Below are positions 9,587-18,487 of a stretch of DNA of 34,433 nucleotides, piece by piece. The DNA comes from Bacteroidales bacterium (GTDB taxonomy: Bacteria > Bacteroidota > Bacteroidia > Bacteroidales > F082): assembly GCA_024762735.1 (NCBI GenBank), contig JANTGU010000001.1, forward strand, positions 1-34,433. Reading direction: 5' to 3'. A program made the translations under genes and the position numbers. Numbering within the stretch: the first letter of the stretch is position 1; every line of letters begins with the position of its first letter. The notes beneath the pieces were generated by a model. The model saw only the letters and a program-made list of their open reading frames with translations. It did no database searches and had not been told where the DNA came from.

Positions 9587-10612
9587 ATGAACGAAGCTCT
9601 TTTTGGAAAAACATTATCCGAATTACAGGAAATTACCAATACGTTGGGATTACCCAAATTTACTGCCAAACAACTCGCCGAATGGCTTTATAAAAAACAT
9701 GCTGTTTCGTTTGATCAGATGACCAACCTGTCGAAAAAGGCAAGAGCCATGCTGTCAGCGCAATACGACATTGGCTTAACAAAACCACTCACGGTTCAAA
9801 CCTCTTCTGACGGCACTAAAAAATATCTTTTTAAGTCCGATTCAAAAGGCTTTATCGAAGCGGCCTATATTCCCGAAACCAAGCGACACACGCTTTGTGT
9901 TTCATCGCAGGTAGGCTGCAAGATGAATTGCAGCTTTTGCGCCACGGGCAAACAGGGCTTTCAGGCAAACCTTTCTGCCAAAGAGATTATTAACCAGATA
10001 GCCTCTATCCCTGAGAGCGATCAGCTTACCAACCTGGTGTACATGGGCATGGGCGAACCACTCGACAACCTCGACGAGGTACTCAAAAGTCTTGAAATCC
10101 TGACGGCTGACTGGGGATTTGAATGGAATCCGAAAAAAATTACCGTTTCAACCATTGGGGTGATTCCTGCCATGAAACGGTTTCTGGAGGAAAGCACCGC
10201 CCATTTAGCGGTTAGTCTGCACAATCCTTTTGACGATGAACGGTCGGCTTTGATGCCTGTAAACAAAGCGTTTCCTATTAAAGAAATTATTGACTTGCTT
10301 AAAAAATATTCGTTCGACCGTAATCGAAGAGTATCGTTCGAGTACATCGTTTTTGGCGGACTTAACGATTCGCGACGCCACGTTAACGAGCTGGCTCGCC
10401 TGCTAAACGGCATGAATTGTCGCATCAACCTTATCCGGTTCCATACCAACCCCGGCTCCGACTTAAACGGCACCGATGAAGAGAGTCTGATGGCATTTAA
10501 AGAGGCACTTAACGCGAAGGGCATTGTTACCACCATCCGTGCTTCACGGGGTCAGGATATCGATGCTGCCTGTGGTTTGTTAAGCACCAAAGAGCTGCTA
10601 AAAAAACAGTAG
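9587..10612 (+). CDS. rlmN: 23S rRNA/tRNA (adenine-C2)-methyltransferase, radical SAM
   Basis: 341 aa with the radical-SAM cluster GCKMNCSFCATG, the MGMGEPL motif and the conserved C-terminal DIDAACG. Confidence 0.92.
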   Translation: MNEALFGKTLSELQEITNTLGLPKFTAKQLAEWLYKKHAVSFDQMTNLSKKARAMLSAQYDIGLTKPLTVQTSSDGTKKYLFKSDSKGFIEAAYIPETKRHTLCVSSQVGCKMNCSFCATGKQGFQANLSAKEIINQIASIPESDQLTNLVYMGMGEPLDNLDEVLKSLEILTADWGFEWNPKKITVSTIGVIPAMKRFLEESTAHLAVSLHNPFDDERSALMPVNKAFPIKEIIDLLKKYSFDRNRRVSFEYIVFGGLNDSRRHVNELARLLNGMNCRINLIRFHTNPGSDLNGTDEESLMAFKEALNAKGIVTTIRASRGQDIDAACGLLSTKELLKKQ

Positions 10613-10679
10613 TTGCATGCTTTTACAGACCTAACATCAATTTTTTCCAGAAAAAAAATTATTGAGAATTTTGTAATTA

Positions 10680-10695
10680 GTAACTTATAAGTTAC
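10680..10695 (+). promoter_or_regulatory. Perfect 16-bp palindrome, candidate toxin-antitoxin operator
   Basis: GTAACTTATAAGTTAC is its own reverse complement. It overlaps the -7 box and ends 9 nt before the toxin ATG. Confidence 0.45.
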
Positions 10696-10700
10696 TTTTG
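10693..10700 (+). promoter_or_regulatory. Candidate -7 promoter box (TActTTTG) of the toxin-antitoxin operon
   Basis: TACTTTTG ends 4 nt before the ATG at 10705, which implies a very short leader or none. Confidence 0.4.
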
Positions 10701-10704
10701 CAGA

Positions 10705-11052
10705 ATGGATCAAATAAGAAAAGTTGTTGCTTATAAAGACTATTTCGAGATTTTCTTGAAAAAGCAACCCATTAAGGTTCAAAATAAGATTTATAAGATT
10801 ATTGAAGCAATTGAGACCTTTGAGAGAATTCCGGAAAGTTATCTCAAATTAATCAAAGGTACTAAAGGTCTTTATGAAGCAAGAATTTCTTTAGCATCGA
10901 ATATTTGGAGAGTGTTTTGTTTCTTCGATAAAGGAAAACTTGTAATCTTACTTAATGGATTTACAAAAAAAACAAAAAAGACTCCAAAACGTGAGATTGA
11001 AAAAGCGATTCGTTTAATGAAAGAATATTATGAAAACAAAAAGGAGGAATAA
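10705..11052 (+). CDS. Type II toxin, RelE/ParE superfamily (HigB / phage Gp49-like)
   Basis: 115 aa. The pattern KDYFEIFLKKQPIKVQNKI...GLYEARISLASNIWRVFCFFDKGKLVILLNGFTKKTKKTP is typical of Gp49/HigB-like toxins. It lies upstream of an XRE antitoxin, the toxin-first order of HigBA modules. Confidence 0.75.
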   Translation: MDQIRKVVAYKDYFEIFLKKQPIKVQNKIYKIIEAIETFERIPESYLKLIKGTKGLYEARISLASNIWRVFCFFDKGKLVILLNGFTKKTKKTPKREIEKAIRLMKEYYENKKEE

Positions 11053-11053
11053 A

Positions 11054-11344
11054 ATGGATACTAAAAGTTGGACTGAGATAAAAGATGAAGTTTACGGGAA
11101 AAAAGGAACAGAAAGAAGAGATGAACTTGAACGTGAATTTGAATCTTTTAAAATTGGACTTTTATTAAAGAAAGCAAGAGAAGAAAAAAAAATGACGCAA
11201 CAACAACTAGGAAATATTGTTGACAAACAAAGGACTTATATCTCGCGTGTAGAGAATAATGGTAGTAATCTAACATTAAAGACTTTATTTGATATTGTTG
11301 AAAAAGGATTGGGTGGGAAAGTTAAAATCTCGATTGAATTATAA
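11054..11344 (+). CDS. XRE-family HTH antitoxin (HigA-like)
   Basis: 96 aa counted from the ATG at 11054, 1 nt after the toxin stop. The HTH segment is MTQQQLGNIVDKQRTYISRVENNGSNLTLKTL. AAGGAGG sits 6 nt upstream of the ATG. The ORF-track start at 11030 lies inside the toxin gene. Confidence 0.8.
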   Translation: MDTKSWTEIKDEVYGKKGTERRDELEREFESFKIGLLLKKAREEKKMTQQQLGNIVDKQRTYISRVENNGSNLTLKTLFDIVEKGLGGKVKISIEL

Positions 11345-11380
11345 AAGTTGTGTCCAGCAATTGTTAACTTCTAAATCTCG

Positions 11381-11872
11381 ATGAACAGCATACTATTCAA
11401 TTTAGCCGAAAAAGCACATCAGGCCGAACCACAAAACAAGGCACTGGTTAAGAAACTTAAAAAGAAAAAACCCAAAAATCTTGACAACATCGTCCACGGG
11501 CTGCATGAGGAGGTTTTTTCTGAAATCGACTGCCTGGCTTGTGCCAACTGTTGCAAAACGCTCGGACCACGTGTTACCGACAACGATATTGCACGGTTGG
11601 CCAAACACCTGAAAATAAAACCGGGAAAATTTATCGAAAGCTACCTGCGTCTTGATGAAGATAACGATTATGTTTTTAAGGAGATGCCCTGCCCGTTTTT
11701 GCTGCCCGACAACTACTGTATGGTTTACGAACAACGTCCAAAGGCATGCAGGGAGTACCCTCATACCGACCGGAAGCGGTTTTACCAGGCACTTGACATC
11801 ACCTTGAAAAACACCGCCACCTGCCCCGCCGTTTACGAAATAATGGAACGATTGAAACAGGCTAATATCTAG
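11381..11872 (+). CDS. YkgJ-family cysteine-cluster protein (CxxCxxCC, UPF0153)
   Basis: 163 aa with the motifs CLACANCC, PCPFL and C..YE.RP..CR.YP. Confidence 0.8.
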   Translation: MNSILFNLAEKAHQAEPQNKALVKKLKKKKPKNLDNIVHGLHEEVFSEIDCLACANCCKTLGPRVTDNDIARLAKHLKIKPGKFIESYLRLDEDNDYVFKEMPCPFLLPDNYCMVYEQRPKACREYPHTDRKRFYQALDITLKNTATCPAVYEIMERLKQANI

Positions 11873-11892
11873 CAACTCTCAGGTTTTGTACT

Positions 11893-11900
11893 TACTTTTG
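11893..11900 (+). promoter_or_regulatory. Candidate -7 promoter box (TActTTTG) for lipB
   Basis: TACTTTTG lies 22 nt upstream of the ATG at 11923. Confidence 0.35.
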
Positions 11901-11922
11901 ACCGCTTAAATATCAAAACAGG

Positions 11923-12618
11923 ATGTTGCATATGCAAACCATTAGCTTACATAAACCCGGGGTTGTAGATTACAAAGAAGCCTGGGAGATTCAAAAACGC
12001 TATTTTACCAATAACTTTGAAATTAAAACCGGTAAAAAAGAGGGAGAAACCTCCAACCACCTGTTTTTACTGGAACACCCCCACGTGTACACGTTGGGAA
12101 ACAGCGGTGACAAAAACAACTTGCTGCTAAGCGACGACCTTCTTAAAACAAAACAAGCTTCTTTTTATAAAGTGGAAAGAGGGGGTGATATTACCTACCA
12201 CGGCCCCGGGCAACTGGTGGGATACCCCGTTTTTGACCTTGATAAACTAAACCTCTCCATCAAGGATTTCGTGTATAACATCGAAGAGGGGCTCATACGC
12301 ACGGTTGCGCATTTTGGCATTCAGGCCGGCCGGCTGGAAGGAGCTACAGGTGTGTGGCTGGAACCTAATCACCCGCAAAAAGCACGCAAAATAGCTGCCA
12401 TTGGCATGAAAATCAGTAAAAAGGTAAGCATGCATGGTTTTGCCCTTAATGTAAACACCAACCTCGACTATTTCGGCTATATCATTCCCTGCGGACTACA
12501 GGATAAAGGGGTAACTTCAATCCAAAAGGAGTTGGGCAAAAGGATTGATATGGAAGAAGTAGAAGCTGTTTTATTGAAGATGTTTGAGGAGGTGTTTGCC
12601 ACCAAATTTATCTCGTAA
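11923..12618 (+). CDS. lipB: Lipoyl(octanoyl) transferase
   Basis: 231 aa with RGGDITYHGPGQLVGYP, the catalytic-lysine region AIGMKISKKVSMHGFALNV, and PCG. Confidence 0.9.
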   Translation: MLHMQTISLHKPGVVDYKEAWEIQKRYFTNNFEIKTGKKEGETSNHLFLLEHPHVYTLGNSGDKNNLLLSDDLLKTKQASFYKVERGGDITYHGPGQLVGYPVFDLDKLNLSIKDFVYNIEEGLIRTVAHFGIQAGRLEGATGVWLEPNHPQKARKIAAIGMKISKKVSMHGFALNVNTNLDYFGYIIPCGLQDKGVTSIQKELGKRIDMEEVEAVLLKMFEEVFATKFIS

Positions 12619-12621
12619 GGT

Positions 12622-13344
12622 TTACTCAAAAAGTTGTTGAAGCACTTCCAGGCTTTTAAGGTTGCCAAAGCCTGAAAGGTGCAACTGGTAGTAGGTAATC
12701 AGGCAGTTTAATAATTTCCGGCGTTGGCCGGAGGTGAAAGAGAGCTCACCCAAACCGGTAAAAGAAGTTGACAACAGCTGGTGAAACATTTCGGCAGTAA
12801 TACCGCTAATATAATGCGGGTGTGGCGGCTCACTGTTTACAAAAACCCCTTCCTGCAAGTCGAAATAGCCGGAAGCCCGCTCAGGATTTTTAGGGTAGAA
12901 TCCCAAAAACTTCGTCATCTGCATTAAAAAAACCAGATGAAAGTCAGCGCCGGGAGACGGAGCCAAATCGTACCATATTAAACTTTTCCACAACCACTCG
13001 AAAAGTGTTTGGTTGGCCGATTCTTCTTTGATAGAACGCGCCAGCACTTCGGTTAAAAACATCAACACCGAACGCTTCTGCATGTCAAACGGGATGGATT
13101 GATACGCAAAAGCAACCCTCGCTTCTTTTAAAAAATTAAGCTCCTTGTTTTCGCGGTGATGGGCGGTAATTTCCAACAGCTGCAAGGGTTGAAACAAAGC
13201 TGTTTTAATTTTAGCTTTTTTACTCCTGACGCCTTTAATGATGTACGATTGAATACCCAGGCGCTCTGTCAGAATTTTGACAATAATGCTTGTTTCGGAA
13301 TACTTAACAGTATGAAATACGATGCCTTTGGTACTCTCAATCAT
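12622..13344 (-). CDS. recO: DNA repair protein RecO
   Basis: 240 aa with the RecO-type N-terminal OB-fold (TKGIVFHTVKYSETSIIVKILTERLGIQSYIIKG). It is convergent with lipB, with only 3 nt between the stop codons. Confidence 0.88.
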   Translation of the reverse strand: MIESTKGIVFHTVKYSETSIIVKILTERLGIQSYIIKGVRSKKAKIKTALFQPLQLLEITAHHRENKELNFLKEARVAFAYQSIPFDMQKRSVLMFLTEVLARSIKEESANQTLFEWLWKSLIWYDLAPSPGADFHLVFLMQMTKFLGFYPKNPERASGYFDLQEGVFVNSEPPHPHYISGITAEMFHQLLSTSFTGLGELSFTSGQRRKLLNCLITYYQLHLSGFGNLKSLEVLQQLFE

Positions 13345-13435
13345 AAGTTAATTTCTTTCATTCCCCTTTTGAGAGGAAAAAAAGGGTGTGTCAATTTAAA
13401 ACGATATTTACTTCTTGATTTTCTGATTTTTACCC

Positions 13436-15772
13436 CTACCTTACCACCAAAATTTTTGTCACCACTTTTTGCGATCCGTCGCTGTTGGTTACAAAAACAA
13501 GATACACACCCGAGGCTGCTTTTCGCCCGTCCAGCGAGTAGCCGTTCCAAATAGCCTGCCCACCTTCCGACTTGGTAGCGTAAACAGCATTTCCATAAGA
13601 ATCGGTAATTTTTACATCGGCATTATTGACCAGTCCTTTAATGGCAATGGGACCGTTGTAGTTTGGGCGCACGGGATTGGGATAGGCATACACACTATCG
13701 TTGGTAGGGTTCGGGGGCGTGGCTTCTCCTTTGTACGAGATAATACCATTGGTGGTGCCGATAAACACTTCCCCGTCGCTATTGATGGTAATGCCAATGA
13801 TGCTGTTGGAAAGCAACGGGCTGTTTTCGGCGGTAAAATGGTTTAACTCCTTAAGGCCGTCAGGCGAAAACTGAAAAACCCCTGCCCGTTCAGTTCCAAC
13901 CCATTTGTTATTGGCTCCATCCACCGCAATGGCCGTAACTTGTTCGGTTTCCAACAGGTAATCCGCCAGGCCGGAACCGTCGTTTCGAGGGACAAGAATC
14001 TGGTGGGCATCAAAGTCGGCGCCGGGAGTAAAAATAAGCTCCGGGCTTGAAAACACGCTTATTCCTTTGTCCGAACCTATCCAAACTTCACCATCCTGAT
14101 CGGTAGCCATGGCAAAAACATCGGTACCCGGTATAGCCCCGTTTCCTGAAGAAGAGCTTAATACTTTTACTTTATCGTCAGCCGGGTTGTCCAGTGTGTT
14201 GTTATCATTAAAAACAATTAAAAAACCCTCTTTCCGTTTGAATATCCATTTTTGGTTTTGATGATCGACCATCAATTCAGAGATGTCAATGCCACTTAAA
14301 CCGCCACCCAGGTTAAACGATTTCCACGTTCCGTCGGTAAGCATCACCGACAAGAGTGTGGGAGACCCGGAGTTGGCTACCCACAGGTTACCCTCGCTAT
14401 CGAAATCGAGGCCACTGACAAGGGTTAAGTAATCGGCGGCAATCCAGGGTTGTAGTGTGCTGTTGCTCTTGTCGTAAATTTGCGTGAGGTTACCATTTTC
14501 AAATTTCAACAATCCTTTTCCCCAGGTGCCCACGTAAGCAATGTTGTGGTTTGCCGGGTTTACCTTTACACTAACAAAATCTGAAATGGTATCGAAGGCC
14601 GCCGTGTTGGTATAATTGTGGGTTTCCCAGGTATCGTCCACGAAAGAAAAGACCCCGTCGCGCATGTAAAGTTTACCCCAGTTAGAATTGTGCCCACCGG
14701 CTGCCACCCATACATTGGTGCCACCGGCATCTAAATCAAACACGTTGGGTGTACCGGGTCCGTTGGGTCGTATCAACTCGCCATTCCACCCCCTGTTCCA
14801 TGCTTTTAAAAGGCCTAAAAAACTGTCTCCTACCCAGTATTCACCGTTATCATCCATGTCGGCAGACAACGGCCTTAATGACATTTCACTGGGTTTCCAG
14901 ATACTAAAGTTATCCTCCGGGTTTTGATGTCCCACCAGCACATCATACCGTTCCGAAATTAAAAGATTTTCATGGGTAGCATTCAGTTGAAAGTGCCTCG
15001 AATGGTTATCGGGTAAGTAATAATCCCACGACGAACCGTTAAAGCTATAGAGTGTATCGCCATCAAACGATTCAGCTTCATAATTTACAATCATCTTTCC
15101 GTCAAACCATTCAACCTGATTGTAAAACAAATTGGGATTAGGAAGCCTGTTATCTTTATGCCACTGATTAAAATCGGCTAAATTGGGCGAATCGATACGG
15201 GCATAATAGACCCCCTTTTCGGTGGCAGCAAAAAAGGCTGTGTCGTTATAGGCTAAATCCTGCACATCAATAAACCCGCCATCAGGTCCTATGTACCAGG
15301 TATCACGAATTTCAAGCTTGTTAATATCAAGTACAACAATGCCAAAACCGCAACTCAGGTAGGCCAGGTTATCACGAAATTCAATGTTGTTGATGGTTTT
15401 GTTTCCAAGAATTTCTTTGTTCTTGATGTCGGCAATGTTAATGATGGAACCATCTTCATGTACAAGATCCATGTTGGTGTTCGCATAGGCAATTAACAGC
15501 GACCGGGTGCCGGCATGATAACCTATTTTACTGATTCCTATATCGTTTAACCCCTTCACTTTGTCAATCCTTTCAATACGGTTATCACCCGAATTGTAGG
15601 TGAAGATATCAAATGGCGTTGCCGCGTAAACCATGTTGTCTGTGGCAACTACATCAATTACCTTTTGATAGGGTAGATGAGTCCGCCATTGTCCGATGCC
15701 AATTTCCTGTGAAAACAGGTTAGAAGAAAATATTGTTAAAGTAAAGGTAAAGAGTAGCCACTTAAATTTCAT
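13436..15772 (-). CDS. T9SS-secreted double beta-propeller protein, PorZ-like
   Basis: 778 aa with a signal peptide. Propeller-blade repeats run throughout (Reg_prop-like: NKWVGTERAGVFQFSPDG, GEVFIGTTNGIISY, GEVWIGSDKGISVF). It has a C-terminal T9SS sorting domain (YAYPNPV...GVYLVFVTNSDGSQKVVTKILVVR). Size and architecture match PorZ, but the assignment is from memory of that family, not from a search. Confidence 0.55.
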   Translation of the reverse strand: MKFKWLLFTFTLTIFSSNLFSQEIGIGQWRTHLPYQKVIDVVATDNMVYAATPFDIFTYNSGDNRIERIDKVKGLNDIGISKIGYHAGTRSLLIAYANTNMDLVHEDGSIINIADIKNKEILGNKTINNIEFRDNLAYLSCGFGIVVLDINKLEIRDTWYIGPDGGFIDVQDLAYNDTAFFAATEKGVYYARIDSPNLADFNQWHKDNRLPNPNLFYNQVEWFDGKMIVNYEAESFDGDTLYSFNGSSWDYYLPDNHSRHFQLNATHENLLISERYDVLVGHQNPEDNFSIWKPSEMSLRPLSADMDDNGEYWVGDSFLGLLKAWNRGWNGELIRPNGPGTPNVFDLDAGGTNVWVAAGGHNSNWGKLYMRDGVFSFVDDTWETHNYTNTAAFDTISDFVSVKVNPANHNIAYVGTWGKGLLKFENGNLTQIYDKSNSTLQPWIAADYLTLVSGLDFDSEGNLWVANSGSPTLLSVMLTDGTWKSFNLGGGLSGIDISELMVDHQNQKWIFKRKEGFLIVFNDNNTLDNPADDKVKVLSSSSGNGAIPGTDVFAMATDQDGEVWIGSDKGISVFSSPELIFTPGADFDAHQILVPRNDGSGLADYLLETEQVTAIAVDGANNKWVGTERAGVFQFSPDGLKELNHFTAENSPLLSNSIIGITINSDGEVFIGTTNGIISYKGEATPPNPTNDSVYAYPNPVRPNYNGPIAIKGLVNNADVKITDSYGNAVYATKSEGGQAIWNGYSLDGRKAASGVYLVFVTNSDGSQKVVTKILVVR

Positions 15773-15978
15773 AAAATCAAATTATAATGTTCAAAAAACA
15801 AGCTGCTGAAAACAGCTTTTACTATAACTTATAAATTACAAAAATATTGTTTTATAAGAAGGTATTGGCAGGCAGGTGGCAAAATATTAACCCACAGTAC
15901 GGGGCGCTATCCATGTGAAAGCGGAAAATATTAACATAAACTTAAGGTTAAGGTAAAATAGAAGTAACGTTGCATACC

Positions 15979-15986
15979 TATATTTG
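15979..15986 (+). promoter_or_regulatory. Candidate -7 promoter box (TAtaTTTG)
   Basis: TATATTTG lies 23 nt upstream of the ATG at 16010. Confidence 0.35.
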
Positions 15987-16009
15987 CGACCAATAAAATA
16001 CGCTTAACC

Positions 16010-16372
16010 ATGAAAAAACATTTTTTAACCATAGTATTAGTTGCCCTGGTTGGCATTTTCGCTTATGCCGGCAATGATAACGACAAAAAAGAGGCTGCCT
16101 CTGACAATGCTCCTGCTCAAACCATTTCGGTTACAGGAAGCGTAAGTGATTTCGTATCCGGCGAAAATCTGACCGGTGTCGAGATTAAATTAGAAGGCAC
16201 AAATTTAAAAACCTATTCCGACTTTGACGGAAACTTTACCTTCAAAAATTTAAAACCGGGTACCTATAATATTATAGCTTCTTATATTTCGTACGATAAG
16301 AGCCTGGTTGAAAACTTTAAAGCTGCTAAAGATAACAACGAACTTTCCATTAAACTGCAAGCCTCCAAGTAA
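16010..16372 (+). CDS. Small secreted CarboxypepD_reg-like domain protein
   Basis: 120 aa with a signal peptide. The segment GSVSDFVSGENLTGVEIKLEGTNLKTYSDFDGNFTFKNLKPGTYNIIASYISY matches the carboxypeptidase regulatory-like fold. Confidence 0.6.
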   Translation: MKKHFLTIVLVALVGIFAYAGNDNDKKEAASDNAPAQTISVTGSVSDFVSGENLTGVEIKLEGTNLKTYSDFDGNFTFKNLKPGTYNIIASYISYDKSLVENFKAAKDNNELSIKLQASK

Positions 16373-16390
16373 CTCCACCATAAAACTTTA

Positions 16391-16429
16391 AAAAAACACG
16401 AATAATTTACCGGTTCGTGTTTTTTTTTG
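16391..16429 (+). terminator. Rho-independent terminator
   Basis: cacgaa (16397-16402) pairs with ttcgtg (16414-16419). The stem is extended by an upstream A-run and a downstream run of 9 T. Confidence 0.6.
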
Positions 16430-16524
16430 CATCATGATTTTTTAAAAAACGGGGGTTAAAACTTTACAAAACCATAAACATATCTTAATCATAGGGTATT
16501 ATACGTTGTTTTTCTTTGTCGGCA

Positions 16525-17385
16525 ATGAAGCAAAAAAGACGTAAAGTTGATATTGTCGTTATTTCAGATACTCATCTGGGAACGCGTGGCAGTCAGGCTA
16601 AAGATTTGCTTAGCTATTTAAAAAGTATTAAGCCGGGAAAGCTGATATTAAATGGCGACATCTTAGATATATGGCAGTTTAAAAAATACTACTGGCCCAA
16701 GGCGCACATGAAAGTGGTAAAGCAAATAATAAATTTTGCAGCCGAGGGTGTTGACACTTATTACATTACCGGAAATCATGATGAAATACTAAGGAAGTTT
16801 ACAGGTTTAACCCTGGGTCATCTTCATCTTGTTAATGATTTGGTACTTGACCTTAATGGAAAAAAGGCCTGGTTTTTCCATGGCGATGTTTTTGACATGA
16901 TTATTCAAAACTCAAAATGGCTGGCCAAAGCAGGTGCTTTTGGGTACGACCTGTTAATTGTGCTGAATAATGTGATTAATTATTTTGGCAACTTGATGAA
17001 GCAGCCTCGTGTTTCGATGTCGAAAAAAATAAAAGACAATGTAAAAACGGCGGTAAAGTATATTACTAATTTTGAAGATACCGCGGCACGTGTCGCGAGT
17101 AAAAAAGGGTATGACTATGTAGTATGCGGACATATTCATAAAGCTCAAAACCGACTTGTACAGGCTCATGAAGAGGGCAACGAAATTATTTATCTCAACT
17201 CGGGTGACTGGATTGAAAACCTTACAGCACTGGAGTATCACAATGAAACATGGAGCATCTATGAATACCGCAAGGACAAATCGGTGGGAGAACAACCGGA
17301 AGAAGAACAAGACGATGCCCTGGCCATGGTTGACCTAAAACCAGCTGTTTTGTTAGAAGAAATGTTTTTAAATTTTCAAAAATAA
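16525..17385 (+). CDS. Metallophosphoesterase, UDP-2,3-diacylglucosamine diphosphatase (LpxH)-like
   Basis: Calcineurin-like motifs VISDTHLG, NGDILD, GNHD, HGD and GHIH. The ATG at 16525 is preferred over the TTG at 16516. Confidence 0.7.
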   Translation: MKQKRRKVDIVVISDTHLGTRGSQAKDLLSYLKSIKPGKLILNGDILDIWQFKKYYWPKAHMKVVKQIINFAAEGVDTYYITGNHDEILRKFTGLTLGHLHLVNDLVLDLNGKKAWFFHGDVFDMIIQNSKWLAKAGAFGYDLLIVLNNVINYFGNLMKQPRVSMSKKIKDNVKTAVKYITNFEDTAARVASKKGYDYVVCGHIHKAQNRLVQAHEEGNEIIYLNSGDWIENLTALEYHNETWSIYEYRKDKSVGEQPEEEQDDALAMVDLKPAVLLEEMFLNFQK

Positions 17386-17390
17386 CAGCC

Positions 17391-18452
17391 ATGAGGGTTT
17401 TATATGCTATACAAGGAACCGGAAATGGTCATTTGTCGAGAGCTGCAGAAATATTACCTTTTTTACTAAAAAAGTGCACCGTTGACATATTGGTGAGCGG
17501 AAATCAATCGGAAATAAAATTGCGCTACCCTGTTAAATATCAGCTAAAGGGTTTGGGGTTTGTATCTGGAAAAGATGGTGGCATCAATTTTTGGAAAACC
17601 TATAGCGAAGCCGATCTCATTTCATTTCAAAAGGAGGTACGCGAACTGCCGGTTGAACAGTATAATTTCATTCTAAACGACTTTGAGCCGGTGTCGGCAT
17701 GGGCCGCTAAATATAAAAATATACCATGCATATCTTTAAGCCATCAGGCCAGCCTGCTGAGCTCCAAGGTGCCAAAACCAAAGTCGAAAGATTTGATTGG
17801 TGCAGCTGTTTTAAAACATTATGCCCCGGCTAATCATCATTTTGGATTTCATTTTTCACCCTACGATTCATTTATTTATACGCCAATCATTAAGCGTGAA
17901 ATTCGCAGGGCCAAAGTAAAAGACAAGGATCACTATACGGTGTACCTGCCTGCTTTTAGCGATGAAAAATTACTAAAAGTATTTGGTGCGTTTGAAAACG
18001 TAACCTGGCATATTTTTTCCAAACATGCGAAAAGAAAATTAAAATACAACAACATTACTATATTTCCTGTTTCAGAAGAGCAATTTATAACAAGTCTGAC
18101 AACGGGAAGAGGTGTCGTTTCTGCAGCAGGTTTTGAAACCCCCTCGGAAGCGCTTTACCTGGGGAAAAAATTACTGGTCATTCCACAAAAAAATCAGCTT
18201 GAACAGCTATATAATGCGGCAGCTTTAAAAACCCTGGGAGTTACGGTTATTAAAAACCTTAAACCCAAGAATGTTGAACGGTTAAGGCACTGGATAGATT
18301 TTGGCGAATCCATAAAAATTAATTATCCCGATAAAACCGATGTGGTTGTGAATAAAGTTTTTGAAACCTATTTGTATGGGGTTACCCGGCCATCGCTGAC
18401 GCGAAGAATTCATGGAAGAGCTAAACGCCTGGTTGAGTTAATGCTTGATTAA
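17391..18452 (+). CDS. Glycosyltransferase family protein (MJ1255-like, GT-B fold)
   Basis: 353 aa. The N-terminus MRVLYAIQGTGNGHLSRA and the C-terminal GFETPSEALYLGKKLLVIP are typical of this UDP-glycosyltransferase group. It starts 6 nt after the LpxH-like gene. Confidence 0.75.
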   Translation: MRVLYAIQGTGNGHLSRAAEILPFLLKKCTVDILVSGNQSEIKLRYPVKYQLKGLGFVSGKDGGINFWKTYSEADLISFQKEVRELPVEQYNFILNDFEPVSAWAAKYKNIPCISLSHQASLLSSKVPKPKSKDLIGAAVLKHYAPANHHFGFHFSPYDSFIYTPIIKREIRRAKVKDKDHYTVYLPAFSDEKLLKVFGAFENVTWHIFSKHAKRKLKYNNITIFPVSEEQFITSLTTGRGVVSAAGFETPSEALYLGKKLLVIPQKNQLEQLYNAAALKTLGVTVIKNLKPKNVERLRHWIDFGESIKINYPDKTDVVVNKVFETYLYGVTRPSLTRRIHGRAKRLVELMLD

Positions 18453-18487
18453 TTACCTGGCCTACATCTAATAGAATAAAAACAACG

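Noticed and set aside
10021-10536. 171-aa minus-strand ORF
   Set aside because: It lies entirely inside rlmN, which carries the radical-SAM CxxxCxxC motif on the plus strand. It is an antisense shadow ORF.
10641-10658. ttttttcc-agaaaaaaaa inverted A/T run as a terminator for rlmN
   Set aside because: The stem would be almost pure A-U with no G-C core, so it is not a convincing intrinsic terminator.
10613-11380. Mobile-element hallmarks (integrase, transposase, flanking direct or inverted repeats) around the toxin-antitoxin islet
   Set aside because: None is visible, so I did not call it a mobile element.
11402-11875. 157-aa minus-strand ORF nearly co-extensive with the YkgJ gene
   Set aside because: The plus frame carries the diagnostic CxxCxxCC and PCPFL/CR.YP motifs. 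The antisense translation has no recognisable features.
12616-12624. lipB and recO stop codons only 3 nt apart (convergent), with no room for terminators
   Set aside because: The observation is real, but it is an ordinary compact-genome arrangement and nothing further is visible.
13156-13554. 132-aa plus-strand ORF spanning the recO 5' end and the PorZ-like 3' end
   Set aside because: It overlaps two well-supported minus-strand genes and crosses their intergenic spacer. It is a shadow ORF.
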